Shown: positions 9,407-21,168, counted from the stretch's first letter. The stretch is DNA of 64,000 bases from an uncultured Chlamydiae bacterium (GCA_963713615.1 CAVQMM010000001.1:2944001-3008000); one strand, 5' to 3'. Numbers and translations: made by a program. The notes: generated from the letters alone by a model not told the origin.

Positions 9407-10201
9407 TTAGAATGTCAACCCACCGGCGATTGTACATGCACTTTCGTTAAAAACTCTCGCCTCGAAGTTGATGTAGAACGACTCATAATTGCCTATTGTT
9501 ACCCCGAAAGCGGCTCCAGCATGGTGTCTGCTGCGGAGATTAAATGAATCAAAAGGGACGTTTACGGCCGTAGGCGAAATGTTTTGTTGAATGTTGGTAG
9601 CGCTTCCATGAACCGTGGAATATGTCGCAGTGGCATAAGGCGTAAAAAGGCCTATGCGTTGAGCTATGCCTAACCCTACTTGCCATTCACTATACTCCAC
9701 CTGCATCTGAGTGGGGTCCATGGTTTCATGAAGACCATCCCAAACCATGAGAGGTTGCGCATGTTGATAGTTGGCTGTTAGGCCAATGACTGTATCATAG
9801 GAGTCATAGAGGATGGCTCGTCCACCAACGCTCCAGATTGCTCTATCGAAAGTTTGAAACTCGCGGTGAATTTGTGCAGGAGACCCGGGGCGTGCATAAA
9901 AATCAAAAACCGCACCACCCACAGAAGCATAAATTTCCGCCGTGTCACAAATGGCTAAAGTAGCAACACCTTGGTCTGCTTGGATGGTAAACCGGTCAAT
10001 GCGAAAACCTTCGTCAGTGGAGCGAAGCTTTCTATCATAAGTGCTATCGTGTTGGAACTCTAAGCGAAGTTTGACCCATTCATTACCACAGTAAGTAAGG
10101 GATTCAGGAGCTAATGATGGCAGGGCTGGGTTTCCGCTATAGCTTCCCAATAGCGGTGTAGTGGTAGCTACAGCCATAATCAGGGCCAGAAATTTTCTCA
10201 T
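9407..10201 (-). CDS. Chlamydial MOMP-like outer-membrane porin
   Basis: Signal peptide followed by GNPALPSL, WSVGGRAIL, EYSEWQVGLGIA, FTPY, EARVFNE and terminal Phe, all resembling chlamydial OmpA motifs. Confidence 0.8.
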   Translation of the reverse strand: MRKFLALIMAVATTTPLLGSYSGNPALPSLAPESLTYCGNEWVKLRLEFQHDSTYDRKLRSTDEGFRIDRFTIQADQGVATLAICDTAEIYASVGGAVFDFYARPGSPAQIHREFQTFDRAIWSVGGRAILYDSYDTVIGLTANYQHAQPLMVWDGLHETMDPTQMQVEYSEWQVGLGIAQRIGLFTPYATATYSTVHGSATNIQQNISPTAVNVPFDSFNLRSRHHAGAAFGVTIGNYESFYINFEARVFNESACTIAGGLTF

Positions 10202-10349
10202 ATATATTCTCCGAAGTAATTGTTGTATTAAGGCGCGATATTGCCCCGAACGAAGAGTCGCGTCAAGAAAATTATTGCATTTTGCCTTCTTGCGAGAATG
10301 TTGTCATTTGCGGTACAACCTCTGGCTTTCAACACTAATGAGGGTGGTT

Positions 10350-11702
10350 ATGCAGATGCTGTCATTGATTTTCTGCTTGGGTCTTGCCATGATGATGGTT
10401 AGCTCAGCAATACCTGCGGCATCTTTTGAGAGCTGGGTAGAGTCTGCAAATGATTCGAAAACGGATTTTTCACTTCACAACCTGCCCTATGGAGTGTTTA
10501 GTCGCCTTGAAGCGCCGGATGATAGGCGTATCGGTGTTGCGATTGGTGATCAGGTGTTAGACATCAACAGCTGTATTCAATCAGGTTTATTGTCCCTGCC
10601 CTTGGCCACTCAGGAGGCACTAAAGAAATCGTCTTTGAATCACTTCTTTGGTTTAGGCCCGAGGGCGTGGCATGAGGCTCGCGTCGTCATTCAGTTTTTT
10701 TTGCGTAAGGATGGTTGTGCGAAGCTCGTGAACGATGCTCTTTTATCCACGGTATTGATTCCAATGAATGCCGTTAATATGCACTTGCCGGCGGATATTG
10801 GCGACTATACGGATTTCTATACCTCTTTGCAGCACGCCACCAATGTGGGAAAGTTATTTCGACCCGGAGAACCTTTACCAGCTAATTTCAAGCAGATGCC
10901 TTTAGGTTATCATGGACGCGCTAGCTCTGTTGTGGTCAGCGAGACTTCTGTCTACCATCCCTGGGGTCAGGTTCAGGAAGGACAAGATACTTTTTATAGG
11001 CCATGTCAGCGTCTCGATTATGAAATGGAAATGGCCGCATTCATTGGAGTGGGGAATGAGCTGGGATTTCCCATTAGCATGGACGAGGCTCCCAACCATT
11101 TCTTCGGTATGGTTATCCTTAATGATTGGTCGGCGCGCGATGTGCAGAAGTGGGAATATGTGCCGTTGGGACCTTTCAATGCGAAGAATTTTGCGACGTC
11201 GATTAGTCCCTGGGTCGTTTCCTTTGAGGCGTTGGAGCCTTATCGAGTGGCTGCGCCTGAGCGATTGGAAGGGGACCCGCAGCTTTTGCCATACCTTACA
11301 GCAAGTCGAGATTTTGCATTTGACATCACTGTAGAAGTGTCCCTTACGTCCCAAACGATGCGTGAACAGAAAATGCCCCCGAGCCTGGTAAGCCGTGGTA
11401 ATTTTGCTTCTATGTACTGGACGCTTGCTCAGATGTTAGCGCATCACACTTCTACAGGGTGTAATATGCGTCCTGGCGACCTTATAGGCAGTGGGACCAT
11501 TTCGGGTTTTACTCGCGAATCTCGTGGTTGTTTGCTTGAATTTATGTTGCCTGACGGAGAGCCTGTAACGCTTGCTGACGGTACCCAGAGAAAGTTTTTA
11601 CTTCCGGGAGATGAGGTGATTTTAAGGGCCTATGCGGAGCGGCAGGGATTGCCTAGAATAGGCTTTGGAGAGTGTCGGGGAATTATTTTGCCCGCGCATT
11701 AG
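10350..11702 (+). CDS. fahA: Fumarylacetoacetase
   Basis: SWVESAN, FSLHNLPYG, GDYTDFY, YHGRASS, LDYEMEM, LNDWSARDVQKWEYVPLGPF, GSGTISG, IGFGECRG. Confidence 0.95.
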   Translation: MQMLSLIFCLGLAMMMVSSAIPAASFESWVESANDSKTDFSLHNLPYGVFSRLEAPDDRRIGVAIGDQVLDINSCIQSGLLSLPLATQEALKKSSLNHFFGLGPRAWHEARVVIQFFLRKDGCAKLVNDALLSTVLIPMNAVNMHLPADIGDYTDFYTSLQHATNVGKLFRPGEPLPANFKQMPLGYHGRASSVVVSETSVYHPWGQVQEGQDTFYRPCQRLDYEMEMAAFIGVGNELGFPISMDEAPNHFFGMVILNDWSARDVQKWEYVPLGPFNAKNFATSISPWVVSFEALEPYRVAAPERLEGDPQLLPYLTASRDFAFDITVEVSLTSQTMREQKMPPSLVSRGNFASMYWTLAQMLAHHTSTGCNMRPGDLIGSGTISGFTRESRGCLLEFMLPDGEPVTLADGTQRKFLLPGDEVILRAYAERQGLPRIGFGECRGIILPAH

Positions 11703-12133
11703 TCCATTTCTAGGAGCGAGAACATTTGCATCAGGCTATCATGGATCTTGTTGCCAGCTTTCATCGTGATGATTTTGTCGCCATCAAAGGCCAGCGTGAC
11801 TTCTTCGTCAGGAATGTCTAAGCGCAGACCACTAGGAGGGATGGGTTTGAATCCCAGCATTGTGAGGTCGAGGGTGACCGTGTGTGTGCCCGTAATATGC
11901 ACCTTGGCCTGGACTTGATCGTGCGTGAGAGGTGTAAGACCAAGCAGATGAAAGGACCAATCCGGAAAGGCGATGACGAGAGACTCAATTAAATCGAGCC
12001 AGACAGACTGATTGATGGGTTCGGGCTCTGGCCCATAGTACATGAAGTCAGCGGCAAGAAAGTCGGAAACTTCATGCCAATGATGTTGTTCAATCTTTTT
12101 AAAGAATTCGGAAGCTAGAGTGGTCAGGGGCAT
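11699..12133 (-). CDS. SnoaL-like ester cyclase family protein
   Basis: AFPDWSF, ITGTHT, IPPSG, GDKI; start inferred at ATG 12133. Confidence 0.75.
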   Translation of the reverse strand: MPLTTLASEFFKKIEQHHWHEVSDFLAADFMYYGPEPEPINQSVWLDLIESLVIAFPDWSFHLLGLTPLTHDQVQAKVHITGTHTVTLDLTMLGFKPIPPSGLRLDIPDEEVTLAFDGDKIITMKAGNKIHDSLMQMFSLLEMD

Positions 12134-12225
12134 GACAACATCCTTAAAGAAAAAATAATAGTTTAAACATAGACTGCTATGGTGTTTTCTACAAGAGTTA
12201 GGATGATCACATCGAGAAAGCATAA

Positions 12226-12260
12226 CAAAATCCGAGTAGGGCAACCCTACGCGGATTTTG
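12226..12260. terminator. Hairpin terminator after 12268-12936 gene
   Basis: caaaatccg-a-gtaggg/ccctac-g-cggattttg inverted repeat. Confidence 0.6.
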
Positions 12261-12267
12261 TAAAAAA

Positions 12268-12936
12268 CTAAACTTGTTTTTCCACCAATAACCTAGCATA
12301 GGATTCTGCACAGGGCAATGCTAGCTGGAGAGCTCTAGGAATTTGGCCTCCATTGCGCATTGCGAGGGACTCCATTTCGTTCTGTTTCATATGTTTAAGG
12401 ATGCGTGATGCAACAAATAACGTTGCAGTCACTACCAAAGCAGCTATAGGGTTGACTAGCGGTGCAAACACGCCTACAGCCATGACTACTGTAAATATCA
12501 CCACAGCGCCATAGAGTACCTTGTTTACAGTTTCGTGTCCCAAGAGAGCTCCGATGCCGCATCCACTAAGAATCGTTGAAGGGATAAGTATTGCTGCCGA
12601 ATAAATGAACCCTTCAACCGTTCCGCCAAAATATTCTCGGGGGTCATGAAGCCAATCGGATAGCTTGATTGGTCCAAGGTGGTTAACAAGAGGTCCTGCT
12701 ATGGCTATGGGGGCTATTGCCATGCTGGCTACCGTGGTGGCCTTCTGGCAAAAATCTAAGAGTGCTATCTTTCCCCCGCTTTGAGCGATTTCTGCCTTTG
12801 TCGAGAATCCCAGCTTGGGCTTCGCGAATTCAGGCAGGATACTGTTGCCAGCTTGCCTATAGTAACCTTTAATCGAATTCATATCAGGAATGACTGTATC
12901 GTAGGCTTTGCTACAAAAACTCTTCATAGAATCCAT
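12268..12936 (-). CDS. Membrane protein, Inc-like, paralog 1
   Basis: Hydrophilic N-terminus, several hydrophobic segments, C-terminal SRIL..M...E...RNGGQIPRA motif shared with the neighbour. Confidence 0.6.
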   Translation of the reverse strand: MDSMKSFCSKAYDTVIPDMNSIKGYYRQAGNSILPEFAKPKLGFSTKAEIAQSGGKIALLDFCQKATTVASMAIAPIAIAGPLVNHLGPIKLSDWLHDPREYFGGTVEGFIYSAAILIPSTILSGCGIGALLGHETVNKVLYGAVVIFTVVMAVGVFAPLVNPIAALVVTATLFVASRILKHMKQNEMESLAMRNGGQIPRALQLALPCAESYARLLVEKQV

Positions 12937-13260
12937 AATGACTTCTCCTCAATTGATCTAGATGGTGGAAGTATTATAGCGCGCTTGCATTTAGGCAATA
13001 TTAATTTGCTGAATCTTAACGAATATGGGCTTCAAAGCGGGTGGACGAATTGGACTGATTGAGGTAATTTCAGAAGTATTTGGGCTCTCATGGATCGATT
13101 CTTTGGAAAAAAATCACTTTTTTTTGTGAGAAGGCGATTCTGGAGAGCTTAAGTGGTATGGCACTATCCAGTCTGGAAAGACAGGCTTTTCTCCCTTTCC
13201 AGGCCCGAAGGGTCGATATTGCAACAGGCCATGGCATCGCCACATAGGAAACCTTGTTAC

Positions 13261-13863
13261 TTACGGATATTGGCGACGCTGCCGCTCGCATGGCTGATGG
13301 CTGGAATGCCATTGGATGGAGTCTGGACAGGCTTGGATAATTGCCCTCGGAATCTGTCCTCCATTGCGTTCTGTGATTTTCGCTAGCTCGATGTTTCGCA
13401 TATATTGCAAAATGCGCGATGTTAGAAGCAGAGTTGGCATCGCGATAATCAAAGCCATTTCTCCAAAGGTTAATGCAGCTAATGCTGCTAAGGCTGCTGC
13501 TGTTGTTGCGATACTGTAAATTACTGTGGTGACGCTGCTCGTGCCTAGATTAACTCCGTTGATGATCCCACAGACTCCAGCTAAGGGAACTCCGATAGCT
13601 GAAAGAACAACACCTTTATCAGGATCCGAAGCGTAGTTATGAAAGGTAGACAACGTGGTTCCATCTCTTTTCCTATAAGGAGCCAAGAAAGGTACTGTTA
13701 CAGAAGCTGGCATAAGTGAAATACTAAGGGTTGTTGTTAAATTTTTCCAAAAATCCAGGCGCTGAATTTTTTCGATGCTTGCAGAGATCTCAGCCTTACT
13801 TGGACTTGTGAATGACAACCTCAAATTATTCCAATCTTGTTTTAAACCTTGTAGTGCATTCAT
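13261..13863 (-). CDS. Membrane protein, Inc-like, paralog 2
   Basis: Same layout; SKAEI, LDFW, SRILQYM..E...RNGGQIPRA; GAGGAGG RBS. Confidence 0.6.
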   Translation of the reverse strand: MNALQGLKQDWNNLRLSFTSPSKAEISASIEKIQRLDFWKNLTTTLSISLMPASVTVPFLAPYRKRDGTTLSTFHNYASDPDKGVVLSAIGVPLAGVCGIINGVNLGTSSVTTVIYSIATTAAALAALAALTFGEMALIIAMPTLLLTSRILQYMRNIELAKITERNGGQIPRAIIQACPDSIQWHSSHQPCERQRRQYP

Positions 13864-13991
13864 GAATTTCCCTCCTCATTATTTTCATATAAAAACGAGA
13901 TCAACGCTATATTGTATCAAATGTGTGATGATTAGGTCATGCTAATTTATATGTTCTTAATATGGTCTTGTCATTTTAGGTGAAGCTGTGA

Positions 13992-14018
13992 TTGGCACTT
14001 GAAATGCTGAGGTGCTAA
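13992..14018 (+). promoter_or_regulatory. CIRCE element (HrcA operator)
   Basis: TTGGCACTT-N9-AGGTGCTAA versus consensus TTAGCACTC-N9-GAGTGCTAA, upstream of groES. Confidence 0.8.
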
Positions 14019-14036
14019 AAGGATCGGCTTGGCCTC

Positions 14037-14065
14037 TTGACACAAATGCCTGCACACCCTATGAT
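14037..14065 (+). promoter_or_regulatory. Sigma70/sigma66-type promoter of groESL
   Basis: TTGACA-17 bp-TATGAT. Confidence 0.8.
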
Positions 14066-14170
14066 TCCCACTTCGATCAATTATAAAAGAGCCTTGGCGT
14101 AAAGATCTTGGACGGACTATCAGGTCTAGGCGTCTAGGTCGATGTTAAACGACAAACAGGAGAAGTGAGC

Positions 14171-14467
14171 ATGGTGAAGGTAAAACCACTAGGCAAGCGC
14201 GTTTTGATTAAGCGAGCAAAGGCTGTCACCACTAAAGGAGGCATCTACCTCCCAGATACAGCTCAAGAAAAGCCACGTGAGGGTGAAGTCATCGCTATTG
14301 GTACTGGCAAGGTAGACGACAACGGCAAGCTAGACCCAGTGACACTAAAAATTGGCGAGCGCGTTCTATTCTCGTCCTATTCAGGCACCGAAGTGAAGCA
14401 TCCCGGCGATGAAAATTCCGAGTATTTGGTCATAGCTGAAGACGACGTCTTAGGCGTTCTCAATTAA
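14171..14467 (+). CDS. groES: Co-chaperonin GroES
   Basis: KPLGKRVLIK, TKGGIYLPDTAQEKP, VIAIGTG; AGGAGA RBS. Confidence 0.97.
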   Translation: MVKVKPLGKRVLIKRAKAVTTKGGIYLPDTAQEKPREGEVIAIGTGKVDDNGKLDPVTLKIGERVLFSSYSGTEVKHPGDENSEYLVIAEDDVLGVLN

Positions 14468-14491
14468 GAAACGGCCTCAACCCGAGTATAG

Positions 14492-16189
<1,698 letters not shown>

Positions 16190-16200
16190 ACCCTGACAAA

Positions 16201-16226
16201 CCTGTGGAGGATTCGTCCTCCACAGG
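16201..16226 (+). terminator. Stem-loop after groEL (terminator or stabiliser)
   Basis: cctgtggagga-ttcg-tcctccacagg; weak U tract. Confidence 0.6.
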
Positions 16227-16242
16227 CTTATGAGTATTAACT

Positions 16243-16518
16243 ATGCCTACATATGCTTATCACTGTAAAAAATGCGGCCATGCTCTCGATGTGATGCAGA
16301 AGATCACTGAGTCGGCCCTCAAAACATGTCCTGAATGCGGCCAAGAAGCTTTACAGCGCGGCCCAGGCGGCGGCATAGGTCTTCAATTTCAAGGAACGGG
16401 TTTCTATATTACCGATTATGCATCTGGCAGAGGGGATCCGTCGCCTACAGCATGTCAGAAAGGTGATAGTGGTGGTTGCTGTCCCTGCAGCGCTTCGCCT
16501 AAAGAGGCCGCTGGTTAG
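16243..16518 (+). CDS. FmdB family zinc-ribbon protein
   Basis: MPTYAYHCKKCGH...CPECG...FQGTGFYITDY. Confidence 0.9.
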   Translation: MPTYAYHCKKCGHALDVMQKITESALKTCPECGQEALQRGPGGGIGLQFQGTGFYITDYASGRGDPSPTACQKGDSGGCCPCSASPKEAAG

Positions 16519-16598
16519 AAGAAGTTAGATTCCATGGACTATTTGCACGAATCGAGACGATTGAAGAATTCGTTCGAGATGTCAGATGATTAATAAAG

Positions 16599-16829
16599 CC
16601 CTCACAATCGTGTCTCGGCGCGCAGCGCTTTGGAGTGCGGTCGCTCGCGACCGCTTTGGATTTGGGGCGAGCTTATTGAATCGCGCGCCGTTCTTTGCGG
16701 ACCTCAAACTCTCACGATATTCCCAGAGCGGGAAATCACGTTTCGTGCAATGCCTAGTTTGCCCAAATCCAAAGCGGTCGCGAGCGACCGCACTCCAAAG
16801 CGCTGCGCGCCGAGACACGATTGTGAGGG
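16599..16829. repeat. REPIN-like element 1 (68-bp perfect inverted arms, 95-bp spacer)
   Basis: 16599-16666 is the exact reverse complement of 16762-16829; each arm contains the hairpin gcggtcgc-tc-gcgaccgc. Confidence 0.9.
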
Positions 16830-16831
16830 TC

Positions 16832-17620
16832 TTATGGGATGGCTGTTCCACACAGAAATCGGAAAGCGAGCCACTGATCTTGCTGCTTTTCCTCAGCTAA
16901 ACGCCACCCCCATTCTTGGACATATTCCAGATAAGCGTCGCGTTCTGAGTCCAAAATCCCTGATACAATGACTGTCTGGGCTTTACTCGCTATGGGCAGC
17001 CACTGTGGCCACGCTTGCTGCTGTTCGCTCCAGATCATATTGATGACGACCACCCAAGTTCCCTCTGAAGGCAGCTCTCGGGGTAAACAAAAAGTAACAG
17101 AGCCTTCCAAACCGTTTAAAGCGGCATTTTTGGATGCATGCGCAATGGCTTGATCGTCGATGTCTACGCCATAGGCATGTCTAGCCCCCAACATCGCTGT
17201 AGCTAGCGTTAGGATGCCGCTGCCACAGCCAATATCCAGAACAAATTTGTCTTTCACATGGTTAGTCATCATGGCCAGTACCAAACATGTCGTAGGATGC
17301 GAGAGATCGCCAAAGCCTGGTCCAGGCACCAGCTTCAATGTCTTTGTAGAGCCGATATCGATATGGACCATACCATCGAAAAAATTGTGACCATGAGCTT
17401 CCCATTGCGCTGTCCAGTCGATATCTTGTGAACCGACATAGGACTGTACGCGCAGGCAAAACGAAAACGCATCAGGATCGATTGTCGTGGATAGAACGAT
17501 TTCGCACATCCCATCGGGATCTTCGTTGCTGAAGAGAGGCGTGATGCCACTGGCTTCTAGAGTAGCCCAGGCATCGTCGATGGTATAGCCAGGTTTCAGA
17601 GTGATCGTCGTCCAAGGCAT
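16832..17620 (-). CDS. prmA: Ribosomal protein L11 methyltransferase
   Basis: DWTAQW, PGPGFGDLSHPTT, VLDIGCGSGIL, GVDID, IVSGIL. Confidence 0.85.
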   Translation of the reverse strand: MPWTTITLKPGYTIDDAWATLEASGITPLFSNEDPDGMCEIVLSTTIDPDAFSFCLRVQSYVGSQDIDWTAQWEAHGHNFFDGMVHIDIGSTKTLKLVPGPGFGDLSHPTTCLVLAMMTNHVKDKFVLDIGCGSGILTLATAMLGARHAYGVDIDDQAIAHASKNAALNGLEGSVTFCLPRELPSEGTWVVVINMIWSEQQQAWPQWLPIASKAQTVIVSGILDSERDAYLEYVQEWGWRLAEEKQQDQWLAFRFLCGTAIP

Positions 17621-17629
17621 GAGATTTCC

Positions 17630-19282
17630 TTAACTATTTTTGCGCCAGAATGCAGGCATGAGCATGACGAGGATGGCAAAAAATTCGAGACGTCCGAGAA
17701 GCATCCAAATTGCCGAAACCATGCAACCAAAATTGGATAGAAAGGCACATGACTCCGTGGGGTTTGCAGCGCGAAAGGTAAATCCGGCGTTATTGACAGC
17801 ACACGCCATAAAGGTAATGGCAGTATCGGGATCCACACCGTTGCAAATAAGCAAAAAACCTCCTAACGATAGCCCAGTGACCATCACGACAAAATAACAT
17901 AACACGGTGAAGGCAACACCTCCATCAACTTCTTTGTCCCCGAGGCGTAGGGTCCGAACCCCCTCGGGGCGAAACATGGATTCAAGACGCGCACGGATAA
18001 TCTTGAGGAGCATATAGACGCGGATAATCTTGATACCGCCAGCAGTTGAGCCGGACATCCCTCCAATGAGGGTTGCGAAGAGCAACATCGTTTGCGCAGC
18101 ATAGGGCCACTTGTCATAGTCTGAGGTCGCAAAACCTGTCGACGATTCTGCGGAGACGATTTGAAAGATGGCGTAGCGGATAGCCTGCTCGACGGAAAAT
18201 GTTCCAGCTACCTCACCTGTCAGCAAGGTGTTAGGAGTTCCGACTAGCTGATAGGTGACGAATGCTGTTCCAGCAGCCAAGATGAAGAGATAGAAAACAA
18301 ATTCGGGCTCGTAGAGGCGGTAAAAGCGCCCTTTTAAGATATGATGGTATAAGGTGAAGTTGACGCTACCCAGAAACATGAAGAGAACGATAATCCACTC
18401 TACAGTGGTACTGTTGAAGTAGTCTATATTGGCACTGTGCGTAACGGCCCCACCTGTTGACAGAGTTGAAAAAGACATGGTGAATGCATCGTACCAAGCC
18501 ATTTCGCTATCGGCCAATCGGAGTACCACGACTAGAACAAGCGTTAAGGCCAGGTAGACCTTCCATAGCTGCTTGGCTGTCTCTGCCACACGTGGAGTAA
18601 AACCTCCTTTTACTGGACCTGGAAGTTCAGCAAATAGCAGGATTTTTCCACCCATGCCCATGGCTGGAAGGACGGCTATGAATAGAACGATGATCCCTAA
18701 TCCGCCTATCCACTGCATGAAGCAACGCCACCATAACAGCGATTTGCTCACGGCATCAACTCCCTCATAGAGAATCTTACCCGTATCGGCATCTCGAACC
18801 GGAGTGATAGTGCCATAGTACGTGTATGTGGTGGGAATGACTCCTGGGATAACCTGAACTTTGGGGATCTCTTGACCTGTTTTAGGGTCATAGGCCTTGG
18901 GTTCCATAATGGATGAACCAGTAGTCGTTAGGGCCGACATTCCCTCAAAATAAGCTTGAACAGGGTTTTCCAGTGTTTGACTCAGATAGAAGGGCAGACC
19001 CCCAAGGATTGGCAGGAGCAACCACAGTAGGACGACAGAAGCCAGTCCTTCACGTAGGTAGAATGACCCACTAGAACCTCTACCGCATAATTTAAATAGG
19101 TGTCCAGACATGAGTCCGAGGATAATCGTGGCTATAAATGCGAGGTTGGCGTGTGGCTGAAGGTGGAGCTCGCTAGGGACAAAGAATTCGTAGTAGATGC
19201 CCACAGCCAAAGGACAGAGTAACACCAGGGAAAATGCACTGAGGAAGGTGCCTAAAAGTCGACAAATGTCCCGATACAACAT
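17630..19282 (-). CDS. trkH: Trk potassium uptake membrane protein
   Basis: SALTTTG, QWIGGLGII, STLSTGG, STGF, GGMSGSTAGGIK, LGRLE; start ATG 19282 right after trkA stop. Confidence 0.93.
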   Translation of the reverse strand: MLYRDICRLLGTFLSAFSLVLLCPLAVGIYYEFFVPSELHLQPHANLAFIATIILGLMSGHLFKLCGRGSSGSFYLREGLASVVLLWLLLPILGGLPFYLSQTLENPVQAYFEGMSALTTTGSSIMEPKAYDPKTGQEIPKVQVIPGVIPTTYTYYGTITPVRDADTGKILYEGVDAVSKSLLWWRCFMQWIGGLGIIVLFIAVLPAMGMGGKILLFAELPGPVKGGFTPRVAETAKQLWKVYLALTLVLVVVLRLADSEMAWYDAFTMSFSTLSTGGAVTHSANIDYFNSTTVEWIIVLFMFLGSVNFTLYHHILKGRFYRLYEPEFVFYLFILAAGTAFVTYQLVGTPNTLLTGEVAGTFSVEQAIRYAIFQIVSAESSTGFATSDYDKWPYAAQTMLLFATLIGGMSGSTAGGIKIIRVYMLLKIIRARLESMFRPEGVRTLRLGDKEVDGGVAFTVLCYFVVMVTGLSLGGFLLICNGVDPDTAITFMACAVNNAGFTFRAANPTESCAFLSNFGCMVSAIWMLLGRLEFFAILVMLMPAFWRKNS

Positions 19283-19283
19283 C

Positions 19284-20654
19284 TTAGAAGATTTTCTCCA
19301 TCTCGTGCATATGTCGTGGATGGGTAATAACGATGATGGAGTCACCAGGCGAAATGATTCTGGAACCATTGGCGATCATAATACGCCCTCGATTTTGAAT
19401 CATGGCAATGAGAAAGTCTTTAGGAAGCAAAGGGCCAAGCTCCGAAAGGGGGATACCGGCGGCTTTGGAATGCAGGGAAACCTTTACTTCAACAATTTCC
19501 GCTTGGTCGTCATAGAGGGAGACCATCGAGGCCACTCTGCCGGACATCATTTGCGACAGAATCTTATTTACGGCGCTAGCTCGCGGTGAGACCACATGAG
19601 CGATGCCCATTTTGGCCAGGATGGGATTATAGGAGGTGTTAGTCAAGAGGACAATTGTTTTGCTACACCCGAGCTGCTGTGCTAGAACTGCCGTGAGGAT
19701 GTTGATCTCATCGCTGTCTGTGCAGGCAACAAGGATATCGGTGTTACCTATCTTTTCGGAGGCGAGGAATTCGAGGTCGTTAGGGGCGTGATTAACGACG
19801 ATGCACCCGGGTAGTAGCTCCGAAAGTTGGCAACAGCGGGCATGATCTTCCTCGATGATGCGCACATGGATTCCACGAGGTTGAAGAAGCCGGGCTAGAT
19901 TTAGAGCCGTCAGCGACCCACCCGTGAGTACCACAGACTTGATGGATGATTGTGCGGCTTTGATGAAATTCGGAACATTGGCGATGGCTTCGGTTTCTCC
20001 GATAAAAGTCACTTCGTCGCCTGGCAGGATATGGTCGTTACCATGGGGGAAGATGACCTGGTAGGGCTGTTTACCTTTTCCAATCCCCATGGAGTGATAC
20101 CGCCGAATAAGACCAACCATGAGCCCTGGAGGCAGCGATAATTGGGATAGGCTCTTGTCTTCTTGGCGCCATTTGGATGGAACGGCGATGGTTCGCAGCT
20201 GAACAGCACCGTGAGCAAAATGTTCGACGGCCAGAGAACCGGGCAGCAAGATATATTTGAGGATATCATGAGCAACAGCGAGTTCAGGACCGATCAAATA
20301 ATCTACATTGAAGACTCTCGCAACATCGATGCGGTTGCGATTAAAATAGCCGGCATGGCGGATGCGTGCCATCGTCTTGGGGTATCCGAGGTTCTTGGCA
20401 AGCGACGAGGCGACGAGGTTAGCTTCGTCATCATTGGTGACGGCTACAAAGACATCTGGGTTGAGCTCTAGTAGTTCATCGAGGAGCTCCCAGTCTGTTC
20501 CGGATCCTTTTCTAGTGGCAACATCAATTTGCCAGCTGGCTTGATCCAACCGCTTAGCATTTTTGTCGATTAGGATAACATTATGGCCTTCCGTTGACAG
20601 CGTGGTCGCTAAATACATGCCAACAGCTCCGGCACCAACAATGACAATGTTCAT
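19284..20654 (-). CDS. trkA: Trk potassium uptake regulatory subunit
   Basis: NIVIVGAGAVG, AVTNDDEAN, tandem RCK_N/RCK_C layout. Confidence 0.93.
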   Translation of the reverse strand: MNIVIVGAGAVGMYLATTLSTEGHNVILIDKNAKRLDQASWQIDVATRKGSGTDWELLDELLELNPDVFVAVTNDDEANLVASSLAKNLGYPKTMARIRHAGYFNRNRIDVARVFNVDYLIGPELAVAHDILKYILLPGSLAVEHFAHGAVQLRTIAVPSKWRQEDKSLSQLSLPPGLMVGLIRRYHSMGIGKGKQPYQVIFPHGNDHILPGDEVTFIGETEAIANVPNFIKAAQSSIKSVVLTGGSLTALNLARLLQPRGIHVRIIEEDHARCCQLSELLPGCIVVNHAPNDLEFLASEKIGNTDILVACTDSDEINILTAVLAQQLGCSKTIVLLTNTSYNPILAKMGIAHVVSPRASAVNKILSQMMSGRVASMVSLYDDQAEIVEVKVSLHSKAAGIPLSELGPLLPKDFLIAMIQNRGRIMIANGSRIISPGDSIIVITHPRHMHEMEKIF

Positions 20655-20726
20655 CAAATGGAGTCCTTATTGCTTGGTTTAAAGAATACCCTAGCTGGGG
20701 CGAACAAGGCAAGGAAAGGACCTTAC

Positions 20727-21025
20727 TCGGCGCACAACGCTTTAGAGTGCGGTCGCTTGCGACCGCACTCCAAAGCCATAGGCATCAACTTAAGCAACCA
20801 ACTTCGTAAATAGGCGCGCAGCGCTTTGGAGTGCGCGTCGCTCGCGACCGCTTTGGATTTGGGCGAAGTTGGTATTGCAAGAAACGTAACCCTTCTCTCT
20901 AGGGGTAACTGAGGGGGGGTGCAGCCTCCGTAGAACGGTGCGCGATTCAATAGGCTCGCCCAAATCCAAAGCGGTCGCGAGCGACACGCACTCCAAAGCG
21001 CTGCGCGCCAAGATACGATTGTGAG
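20727..21025. repeat. REPIN-like element 2 plus solo REP-like hairpin
   Basis: Inverted arms 20813-20866 and 20956-21009 nearly identical to element 1; extra gagtgcggtcgcttgcgaccgcactc hairpin near 20745-20770. Confidence 0.85.
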
Positions 21026-21168
21026 TCAAGAAAAAGATGTGTGTAACACTATGCATGGAATGACTGCGCCACATAGAAGGCCTTGCGGGACAAAGGTCGT
21101 TTGGTGTAAACTATTGTGGCCCAGACCGAAAGGCATATAATTGACTCGTAATTGAGGGGGGGGGAGCC

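Noticed and set aside
16582..16971. Short ORFs over the palindrome (also 20723-21074)
   Set aside because: By-products of GC-rich inverted repeats, with the same peptide on both strands
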